A stretch of 63,974 nucleotides of DNA, filler included, from Cercozoa sp. M6MM (Eukaryota; Protista; Endomyxa: Ascetosporea): NCBI GenBank assembly GCA_040357565.1. It is 15 parts of 15 records of this genome, joined end to end, with 100 filler letters (N's around TTAATTAATTAA, not from the genome) between each part and the next. Parts side by side here need not be neighbours in the genome. Positions count along the whole stretch, not along the records: positions 44,220 to 51,730 come from JBDODJ010000623.1; positions 51,831 to 53,796 come from JBDODJ010001871.1; positions 53,897 to 61,458 come from JBDODJ010000616.1; positions 61,559 to 62,829 come from JBDODJ010002082.1; positions 62,930 to 63,974 come from JBDODJ010002208.1; 10 more parts are not named here. One strand, written 5' to 3'. Position numbers and translations under genes: made by a program. The stretch's first letter is position 1. Every line of letters begins with the position of its first letter. The notes beneath the pieces were generated by a model that saw only the letters and a program-made list of their open reading frames with translations, did not search any database and was not told the origin of the DNA. Of this stretch, positions 50,278 through 63,974 are shown one piece after another.

Positions 50278-51686
50278 ATGCGTCAGGACGTGATTAATAG
50301 CGCGGCAGAGTTCCTGCGGGCACCGTCGGTGTCATCGTCGTCGCTGGAGTCGCAGCTGCGTTTCTTGCAGGTCAGTTGCCTTTGACTTCTTTGTTCGAGT
50401 TGATCCAGTTGATCCCGCACCGTCTGTATGTGTACAGGAGAAAGATGTGACGGTGGAAGAGGTGGCCATGGCTCTGGAAACCGTCGGTCGCACCGAGGAC
50501 GCCAAGCGTGTGCGGCAGCAGTCCATGAGCGGCGGCAGCACGGTGCGTTTCTCTCGAGGGCGTTTCTCGGGGAGGGGGCGTTTCTTGAGCGTTTCTCCAA
50601 CTAAAACAACAAGAGCAGAACGCGCGGCAGGACAACAACTGGGTGCAGGCCACGGGCGACACGACGGACGCGTACCCGTACCCGGCGCCGCCGATCCTTG
50701 TGCGCGACGGCGTCTCCTGGTCTGTTCACAGAGGGGGGAGGTTAAGGGGGTTAAGTGGTTAAGGGGGTAAGAGGGTAAGGTAGGGATAAGAGGGGGTAAA
50801 GTAGGGGCTTCCTGGCCTTGTTTGGCGCCGTTGTGACCGCTGCCGGCGGCGTCGGCGCCTTGTTTCTGCGACGCTGGACGCAGGCACAGGAGGTTTGTTT
50901 ACCCCCTTCCCCTACCCCTATCCCCTACCTCCCCTTTACCCCCTTTACCTTCCCTACCCCCTACCCCCTTTACCCTCCCTTTACTCCCTCTTACCCCCTT
51001 GATGTGGGCAGGCGAAAAATGAGCAAACGCAGCAGCGAATTCGGTCGCTTGAGCAGTCGCACGAACGTAGTCTTTCTTGTATTTTCCTGTTGGCAAAAAC
51101 AACAAGAAACAACAACAAAAAACAACAAAAGCAATGGTGTGCGGCAGAGCTGGAGCAGGCGACACAGCAGTCGGCGGAGCGCGAGAAATTGCTGCGCGAC
51201 GCCATCACGCAGCTCAAGGACGAAGCTGCCGTAGCGCTCCTTGCTGTTTCGCTTTGCGCTTCGCTTTCGCCTTGCTTTCGCTCTGTTTCGCTTTGATTTC
51301 GCGTTGTTTCGCTTTTATTTCGCATTGTCTCGCTTTAGCTTCGCAAGTTTCGCTTTGATTTCGCTTTGTCGCTTTGATTTCGCTAAGTTTTCGCTTTAGC
51401 TTCGCAAGTTTCGCTTTTGCTTTCGCTTTTGCTTGGCGAGTTTCGCCTCTCCTCGCTTTGTTTAGCCTCTCCTCGCTTTGTTTCGCCAAGTTTCGCAAGT
51501 TTCGTTTTTGCTTCGCTTTGTTTCGCTTTGTTTCGTCGATTTTCGATTTCGTTCGTTTTGCTGTCGCTTTCGCTTTTTGCTTCTTGGTTTTGTGAGTGCG
51601 TGTGTGAGTGCAGTCGTCGACGCAGGCGCTGCGGAACATTCAGCAGTCGCTGAATCTGCTGAACACGCGCAGTACGCGCATGCTGG
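50278..51686 (+). CDS. PEX14: Peroxin 14, 3' truncated
   Basis: MRQDVINSAAEFLRAPSVSSSSLESQLRFLQ|EKDVTVEEVAMAL (Pex14_N), then a W-preceded hydrophobic segment and a coiled coil. Confidence 0.85.
51250..51590. repeat. Degenerate (TTTCGC)n intronic repeat
   Basis: Direct reading, inside a PEX14 intron. Confidence 0.9.
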
Positions 51687-51691
51687 TAGTT

Positions 51692-51730
<39 letters not shown>

Positions 51731-51867
51731 NNNNNNNNNNNNNNNNNNNNNNNNNNNNNNNNNNNNNNNNNNNNTTAATTAATTAANNNNNNNNNNNNNN
51801 NNNNNNNNNNNNNNNNNNNNNNNNNNNNNNCCCTCTTGCCCCCTACCTCTACCCCCTATTGACACAG

Positions 51868-53763
51868 GAAAGTGGCAGCCACAGCCGGACCCGAAACTGC
51901 TGGATCGAATAGGTACGTTTCTCCTGTTCTGCGTACTCAGATCTGTGTACATGTGTACCGTACAATCTGTGTACATGTGTACCGTACTAACTGTACCCCG
52001 GGTGTAGCCGACAAGGCGGCCGGCTACGCGGGCGCGGACCTGCGCGCGCTGTGTACCGAGGCGGCACTCCGCGCCGTGCGACGCACCTTCCCGCACATCT
52101 ACGTAGGCGTTTACTCTCCTCTTTACCCCCCCTGTTTACCCCCTGTTTACCACCGTGCCTCCCTCTTTTACCCCCTCTTTTACCCCCCCCCCCCCCCAGG
52201 AGTCAGACCAGCGACTGCGCGGAGTCCAGTCGGACAAGGTCGTCGTGTTGGACATTGACTTTGAGGGTACTGACGTGCCGTCCAGATGGACCAGGGTAGT
52301 GTGGACGGGCACAATGTGGTACAAAATGGACAGGCGCGATGCAGCGACTGCTGCCCAGTTCGAAACGTTCGCGCGAGTCGCCGGCGGCGCCGCTGCCGTC
52401 GCACTTGGCGCCGCTGCTGGCGCCGGCCTTGGTTCCCCCCTTTACCCTCCTCCCCGTGCACACACACACACGCACACACACACACACACACGCACACACA
52501 CACAGGAAGCAGCGGACGCAGTGATGCGGCAGCGATTGTTTCCGCTGGACGCGCGACCGCCGTCCTCTCAGGGTACAGAAGTGATTGGCACGTGTGTGAC
52601 TCAGTGACCACCTTGACTGACTACCTTGACTGAGTGACCACGTGACTGGACAGAAAAGACTGGCGGTAGCACGGGTCGCACGCCGCAGAATCCGCGTCTG
52701 CTGCTGCTGCCTGGAGGTAGGGCACCTGCTTGCTTAAGGGGGCTATGATTAAGAGGCTACAGGACTACAATTAAGGGGGCTATAGGCTACAATAAGTTGC
52801 TAGGGGCTACTATTAAGGCAGCTAAAATTAAGGCTGTGTGTAGGCAATGCAGAACGCGTGCTGACGCTGCTGGATCGCGACGAACTCGTGCCTGTGTGTG
52901 GTAGACCCCCTTAACCCCTCCACTCCCATAACCCCTACCCCCTTAGCCCTACCCTACCCCCCTTAACTCCCCTCCCCAGAGGAGGAGACAGAGATCGTGG
53001 ACTGCGGACAACGCTTCGTGGCGGCGGCGCTGCTGCAGCGACTGGAGGAGTTTCCGGTGCACTCGGTGTCGTTCGCGGCACTATGCGGCGACACACGTGC
53101 TCGCTCGGCCGAGGAGTCACTGGTAGTCAGTCCGCGCGGACACGTGTGTGTCTGGACGAGGTTGTACATGTGTGTGTGCGTGTGTCTGAGACAGGTACGG
53201 GTACTGCGCGAGGCGCGCGAGCAGGCGCCGAGTGTGCTGGTGTGGCCGCACGTGTCGGCCTGGTGGCACGCGGCCTCGCCATCGCTGCGACAGTGCATGT
53301 TGCAGCTACTGTCTCAGGTGCTACCTGTCCACTTGTACCTGTCCATGTGTACCTCTTCATATGTACTACCTGTCCATGTGTACTGTCCATGTGTACGCAG
53401 ATTCAGACGGCGCCGATCCTGCTGCTGGCCGTGAGTGACGCACCGAGCGTGTGCGACGAGGTGGCCCGTTTGTTCGTACCGTCCAAAGGGTACACCACCT
53501 GTCCTATTGTACTGTCCAAATGTACCAGATCAATATGGACCGTGGGTGGCTACACACAGAGGCATGTGTCTGCACGTGCACTCGCCGTTGCCGGTGGCAC
53601 GAGAGGCCTTCTGGCGACACTGTCTCTCCGAGGCACTGACCTACACGCCCCATGCCGTCGCCCTACCTCCTGAGGAACCTGAGGAACCAGGCGAACAGGC
53701 TGGGCCGTCTGTCGACGTCGACAGCGAGTACATGCGCGACGTCGCTGCGCTCAACAAACAGCG
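51868..53763 (+). CDS. ATAD2: ATAD2/Yta7-like AAA+ ATPase, internal part
   Basis: GYAGADLRALCTEAALRAVRRTFPHIY; second AAA: PRLLL..G, GQ.FVAAALLQRLE, EESL|VRVLREA...APSVL.WPHV..WW, PILLLA. Confidence 0.85.
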
Positions 53764-53924
53764 GTTTTACCCCCCTGTTTACCCCCTGTTTACCCCNNNN
53801 NNNNNNNNNNNNNNNNNNNNNNNNNNNNNNNNNNNNNNNNTTAATTAATTAANNNNNNNNNNNNNNNNNNNNNNNNNNNNNNNNNNNNNNNNNNNNCCCC
53901 CCCCCCCGTATACCCCCATGCGAG

Positions 53925-54793
53925 GTACCATTGGAGAGTCGCAGGAAGAGGTTCAAGTTGCCGTTCTCATCGCTCGTGTAGGCCAGTGTCTCTGCACACA
54001 CACATCGACAGGCTTGTTCGCCCCCAGTACCAGTTGGGCACTGGGGTAGAAGGTACTGCCATCCGGCGACACTTGCGGAAACACCTGCCAGGCCACGCCG
54101 CCGAGCAACTGCGGGGATAAAGAGGGGGTAAGAGGGGGGCAAAGAAAGGGGCAAAGAAAGGGGCAAAGAGGGGGTATAGAGAGGGGGGGGGGGTAAACCG
54201 GTTGCTGGAGTGTGACGGCGCCGGCCAGAGCATCGGCGATCGAGACGCGAAAAACGTCGCCGAGTGCGTCAAAATACAGGTCGTCGCCATGAACCGACAC
54301 CGTCGACCACGTGACCGAACGCGCATCGATCGACACCGTCTCCGTGTGACTGGCACCGATCTACACGTGCTCACTCTGTCAGTGGCACCGTCGAACACGT
54401 GCCAGCTGAGTCACAGGTACCGAAAAAGGCTCCGGCGCCTTGAGCGGAAAGTCGGGGCTCTCATCCAGCGGGGGTTCAGGCGGCTGCACAGGCGCCGCCT
54501 TGTCCTTGCGTTCCGAGGCCAGCTGAGCGCCCACCACGCCGAGTGCTGTCTCCCCACATGCACAGGTACACTTTACATTACTCTAGGGACTGTAAAACCA
54601 AGCTACCCACGGCCAGACCGACAGTCAAAAAGGCCAAAACGATGGCGGCAATGCGCACATGGCTCCATGTCTTTTGCGCCACCGTCACTGTCTCATCTGC
54701 CGGCTCAGACTCGGGTGCGCTTTGTAAACTCGCCACTGGTGCTTCTTCTTCTCCACTGCTCAGCAGCGGCTCCTCGCCGTCCCGTGCAGCCAT
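53925..54793 (-). CDS. Type II membrane protein with TolB-like (PD40) propeller; N-terminus typical of TolB-propeller amidohydrolases (3' truncated)
   Basis: TM IAAIVLAFLTVG, then TWSTVSV..DDLYFDALGDVFRV...GVAWQVFPQVSPDGS|TLAYTSDENGNLNLF (family pattern GTW...VSPDG...FDLLGD.Y...G.AW..QP.FSPDG..IAF.SDR.G..N). Confidence 0.7.
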
Positions 54794-55269
54794 CTGAAAC
54801 ACAAAAAAATGAACTTGTCGCGGAAAGCAAATCTCTGTCGCAACCACCCCTGATTACCGCAGGTACTGTGCAGTGCTGCTGTACCACTGATGACACACAG
54901 TACAAACGACGCAGATCGAGGTCGCACAACAGCGCGTGCTTTAATTCGGCTGCCAGTTTTTGTTGCGGTGTGATCAACTGTCAGCTGGGATGCTGGATTT
55001 TTGGTATTTTCGGCCCAACCAAAAATACCACGAATCCGATTCTTGCGGCAGTTGCGCGTGATTTTTGCACGTTACACTTGTTATAGTGAGTTTTACGCAC
55101 TGCTTCCGCAGTGTTAGACCGGTTCCCGAACCCGGGAAGTGCGTGATTCGACAACGCCGATCGCTCGCGTTGACCAGTCGGCCGATCACTTTTTCAAACG
55201 GCTTTGTGTGTTTCGTGCATGCAAGGTTTACCAGTGCCTCCGCTGCCCGAGGCGTCACCAAGAAATGCG

Positions 55270-56770
55270 CGCGACGTGGCATGCTGGCACGTGGCGACGT
55301 CGCGCAACGAAACGTTTGGTCCAGTCTCTTTCGCTCGACTGGTACCGCTTGCCGTCAGCTCAGTGTTTCTTCACGCTCTCTTTCTGTTAACGTCTGAAGT
55401 GTTAACAGTGCTAGCCGGCTCTTTTGACCTGTGCGCGTGTTGTTGTAGGAACGACTACTGCTGGCCAACAAGTTAGACCCGCGGACACCTGTATGGGATG
55501 GCCGCACAGTTCGCAAGTGGACGCAGCTGCGCCGTGTGCCGGCTTTCGCAGCGGTGTTGACGCGATCGCGCGTGCTGCCGGCTCCGTCGCCACGCAGGAG
55601 GCCTTTGCCGTCGCCGCGCTCTTTTTTCAACCGGCTGCGCCGCGAGTCTCGTCAGCGTACTTCTATAATATGTTGTCTGTCTCTATCGGCTCAAACAGTG
55701 ATAGACTCAACTTGAATGTTAAAGCAGCCGACGCGAATACAACGTCGTCAGCAGAACTGCGACGCATGATGACCCGCGACTCACCGGCCTCAATGCGCGA
55801 CGTGCGACTGCGGCACGTGGCACCGATGCCCGAGTTGAGTCACTCGCTGGTGCCGCCACCGCTGAGAAAACAGAAGCGGTATTTGTCCCCTCTCTGATTT
55901 AAGAGGAATTTCGGTACTCTGCATGTTCCTGATAGGGCACAAACAGCACCGCTGTCCAAGCACTCGTTCACGCGAGTGGCACCTATTGTGGAAACAGGCT
56001 TGTCGGTCTCGTCATCGGCCTCGTCATCGACATCATCGACGGCGAGCAAGCAGGAGTCGCAGCACCGGCCACTGGCACGTCTGTGTCTCGACGTGTCCGA
56101 CCTGACACTCAACGCCTCCGACGTCAAGCCTCCCGACGACCAAGAACTGGACCCGTTCGCCACGCCGCCCCTGTCGCCAGTGGAGATGCCGGAGCACCTG
56201 CCGACTGAGGTGCCGTCGGAGCCTGGGCCTAAACTGCTCTCCATCGTGGGCGACACTCACCCCGAGAGAAGACGCACCGCTCGCAGTGCCTCTCGCACTG
56301 CACCGCAACGAGAATCCGCTCATGAGTCAAATGACACAAACGAAACCGAGAACTCTGCCATGCACTCTCTTGTGACGAACCTGAGCTCCTCTTTTGCCGA
56401 GGTATCCTCTCTCTTTAAAGTATAATAAGCTGATCAATGGTGTCAATTAGGCCGGCTCTCCCTGTCCTTCCAATGAAGTGGATCAATTGTTGAGCAAGTT
56501 TCGAACTGTCTTGGTGGACTTTGAGGAGCGAGCGCGGCAAGGCGGCGACCAGCGACTCCAGGAGGTTAGGTGGCGACTGCAGGCGGCGACTGACCTGCTT
56601 GCTCAATTGACTTAACTGCACTTTCTTGAATCGTTCGGTCGTCGACCAAACGCAATTACAAAGGGGACCTAAGCGCTAAAGCCTCAAACAACAGACAGTT
56701 TGTAAACTTGGCTACAAAACCCAGCTCAGCTTCCGTGCCAGGAGTCCCGTACTGCGCAGTGGTGTGCCAG
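55270..56770 (+). CDS. Hypothetical Ser/Pro-rich protein (boundaries approximate)
   Basis: Open exon about 55936-56401 and a following exon AGSPCPSNEVDQLLSKFRTVLVDFEERARQ. Confidence 0.4.
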
Positions 56771-56918
56771 TAGTCGATAGTGGCTCTAAGTTGGTAAAAC
56801 GGGTCTATTCGCCTGACCAATCAAAAAATCGGCAGGGCCAGCAGCCGGCGCTTTGTTGGGTTGTCTGAGACGGCAGGTCAGGCGTATTACTAGCAGACCC
56901 GAACACCACAAACTCCGC

Positions 56919-61453
<4,535 letters not shown>

Positions 61454-61619
61454 GTTTTNNNNNNNNNNNNNNNNNNNNNNNNNNNNNNNNNNNNNNNNNN
61501 NNTTAATTAATTAANNNNNNNNNNNNNNNNNNNNNNNNNNNNNNNNNNNNNNNNNNNNGGGGGGTAAACAGGGGGGTAAACAGGGGGGTAAACAGGGGGG
61601 TAAAAAGGGGGGTAAAACT

Positions 61620-62820
61620 ACCAATGCAGCAGCGCGGCGTGCGCATGCAGCAGCGTCGGCGAGGCACGCGACACCACCGACAGCAGCGCCTGCGTCACCG
61701 GTGCCAAACCGTCCCTCAGTCCCGCCGACTGTCCACACAGACACGTGCTCAGCCACCAGTGGACACGTGCTCAGCCACCAGTGGACACGTGCTCAGCCAC
61801 CAGTGGACACGTGTGTCAATTCAGACAGACAGACAGAGGGGGGTATAAACGCACATTGGCACTCACGGTGTCGGCCAGAAGTTGCGTCGCCAATCGCACC
61901 TCCTCGCAACTGAGCGTCACACACATGCAGAGGTTTACCCCCCTTTACCCCCCCCCCCCCACACACACCCTATCTATACCCAAAAACCCTTATCTATACC
62001 CCTTACACCCCCTACACCCCTACCCCTTACCCCTTAGACCCCTATACCCCCTATACCCCCTATACCCCTAGAGCCTTACCCTCCAGGGCGGCAGCAGAGC
62101 GCAGTGACGGCGAGTACAGTGGCGGCGCGAACGACGCGACTGGTGGCTTCCGCGCGGAGGTCCTCTTCGTTGTTGTTGTTGTTGTTGTTGTTGTTGTCGC
62201 TGTTGTTGTTGTTGTGGCAGGCCAGCACGAGTGCCCGCAGCAGTCGCAGTTCCGACCGCGCGTACTGCTGTGGCTACTCAACACACTCCCTTAATCACCC
62301 AACACACCCCCTTAATAAAACTGACCAGTGCCTGTCGGCGAAAGACGTCGGCGGCGTCCTTGAGCGGCCAGAGTCGCTGCGACAGCGACGTCGCCACCGC
62401 GCCTGCGCAGCTTGCCTCGCCTGCACCAGGGGGGTAAACAGGGGGGTAAACAGGGGGGTAAACAGGGGTAAACAGGGGGGTAAACAGGGGGGTAAACCAC
62501 TCAGACGAACGGCGGCATTGACGACCACCTCGTTGTGCGTCTGCGCAGGGGGTAAGGAGGGGGGTAAACAGAGAGGTAAGGGGGTAAACAAAGGGTGAGC
62601 AAGAAATAGGGGTAAACAGGGGGGTAAATAGGAGTAAACAGGGGGGTAAACAAGAAGTAAACAGGGGGGGGGTAAATAGGAGGGTAAACAGGAGGGTAAA
62701 CAGGGGGGGTAAGCAAGGGAGGCCACATGCAGAGCGACATCATCGACAGGCGCCACTCGCAGCACTCGCGCACACAGCAGTCGCACCGAGTCGCTCAGCG
62801 GCGGCGCCAGTGTGCCCATC
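61620..62820 (-). CDS. Internal exons of a hypothetical helical (HEAT-like) protein
   Basis: Leu/Ala-rich exons (LSDSVRLLCARVLRVAPVDDVAL, ELRLLRALVLAC, VTQALLSVVSRASPTLL) separated by C-rich repeat introns. Confidence 0.45.
61740..61813. repeat. 22-bp intronic minisatellite GACACGTGCTCAGCCACCAGTG, 3 full copies plus a partial
   Basis: Exact tandem copies starting at 61740, 61762, 61784 and 61806. Confidence 0.95.
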
Positions 62821-62984
62821 TGGGGGGGGNNNNNNNNNNNNNNNNNNNNNNNNNNNNNNNNNNNNNNNNNNNNTTAATTAATTAANNNNNNNNNNNNNNN
62901 NNNNNNNNNNNNNNNNNNNNNNNNNNNNNGGGGGGTAAACAGGGGGGTAAACAGGGGGGTAAACAGGGGGGTAAAAGCGTAGCT

Positions 62985-63925
62985 ACCGTCGAGTTGAACA
63001 GGTGCACGAACACGTGTCCATCCCTGGCCATGGGTCGCACCACATGCGCCTTGGGCACGCCCTCGAAGAAGATGCGCACTGGGTGGCCCTGCCACCACAC
63101 ACACATGTTCAACAACAACAACACAGAAACAACAACAGAAAATCACAAAAACAACAACAACGAAATAACAAACAGATAAACAAACAACAACAACAACAAC
63201 AAAACAACAACAACAACAACAAAACAACAAAACAACAACAAAAACAACAAAACAAAAAACAACAACAAAACAACAAAACAAAAAACAACAAAACAAAACA
63301 AAAACAGAAATACCGGCGACACGCGGAAGGACAGCGGCCGCGTGCGGTCGCACATGTCGCCGCCCAGGAAGGTCGGCAGCGCGTGCTCGCGCCGCTCGTC
63401 GTCGCCGTCGTCGTCGTCGTCCTCCTCCTCCTCTACAAACATGATCGATCAGTGATCACAAATGATCGATCAGTGATCATCAGTGATCGATCAGTGATCA
63501 CAAATGATCGATCAGAGTCTGAACATGGCTACCCTCTGTCTTCTCGGTGGACAGCACGTCCTTCAGCATCTGATCCGTCAGGTACTCCACGCGCGTGCCG
63601 AACTCGCCGCGAACTGGGGGGGGGGGGAAAGGGGGGTAACAGGGGGGAAAACAGGGGGGTAAAGGGGGTAAAGGGGGGGGGGGTAAAACGCACTGCGCCA
63701 CAAGGAGCCGAACAGCGTCGTCGAGGCACGCTGCGCCAGTTGCGACCACACCTGCCAGTTTTAAGGGGGTGTCATTTCTTGATTAAGAGGGTGCACTTTT
63801 ATTAAGGGGTGCACTCTTAATAAGGGGGTGCACTCTTATGAAGGGGGTAACACATGGTCATTAAGCACTGTCGTACCTCATCAAAGAACTGCGGCAGACG
63901 CGACTCGATGCACGCGTTGACCTAC
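62985..63925 (-). CDS. Internal exons of a hypothetical protein
   Basis: Exons EVNACIESRLPQFFDE, VRGEFGTRVEYLTDQMLKD, HALPTFLGGDMCDRTRPLSF, GHPVRIFFEGVPKAHV bounded by AG/GT. Confidence 0.45.
63110..63305. repeat. (CAA/CAAAA)n intronic microsatellite
   Basis: Direct reading. Confidence 0.95.
63441..63515. repeat. About 21-bp GATC-rich intronic repeat (TGATCGATCAGTGATCACAAA)
   Basis: Direct reading; units are built from short palindromes. Confidence 0.9.
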
Positions 63926-63974
63926 TCGGGGGGTCAGGGGTAAATAGGGGGTAAATAGGGGGGTCAGGGGGGGG

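Noticed and set aside
51214-51639. Lys/Ala-rich histone H1-like ORF
   Set aside because: It is the antisense reading of the (TTTCGC)n intron of PEX14.
61740-61813. CRISPR-like array
   Set aside because: The repeats are directly adjacent with no unique spacers, lie in a eukaryotic intron, and there are no cas genes.
62874-63805. Q/N/K-rich prion-like ORF and the hydrophobic Cys/Val/Leu ORFs opposite it
   Set aside because: Both are translations of the (CAA)n intron.
61559-63974. True chromosome telomeres
   Set aside because: The G/C-rich arrays are irregular, short and flanked by exons. Contigs end there because such tracts break assemblies.

Overview
This window is not one continuous locus. 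It is 15 short contigs or scaffolds of an intron-rich microbial eukaryote, joined by artificial N-TTAATTAATTAA-N linkers. The organism uses the standard genetic code and GT-AG spliceosomal introns. Most ORFs in the supplied track are exon-plus-intron read-throughs or microsatellite translations, so I rebuilt genes by splicing exons by eye. Recognisable genes: ATG16-like WD40, CYRI/FAM49, an NCLX/CCX exchanger C-terminus, FHA-parvulin, a PH+WD40 protein, a cullin split across a flipped scaffold, a tail-anchored adenylate kinase, PAM16, an M28 aminopeptidase, ALDH3, a class C GPCR, a cytochrome b5-fused front-end desaturase, NOC4-like, TMEM41, COQ3, PEX14, ATAD2/Yta7, a TolB-like propeller protein and GCN2. 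The most striking element is essentially missed by the ORF track. At 24940-26196 (+) there is a complete gene of about 222 aa for a bacterial-type phage tail-collar ('microcystin-dependent'/tail-fibre) protein. It is split by at least 5 AT-rich spliceosomal introns and lies between ALDH3 and a GPCR, so it looks like a domesticated horizontally acquired gene. Other notable patterns are introns each built from their own simple repeat, a 5'-to-3' rise in repeat load within genes, a dispersed CACGTG-core minisatellite family and a small dispersed repeat with a conserved hairpin. All homology calls come from motif recognition, not database searches. Outer coordinates of hypothetical genes are approximate.
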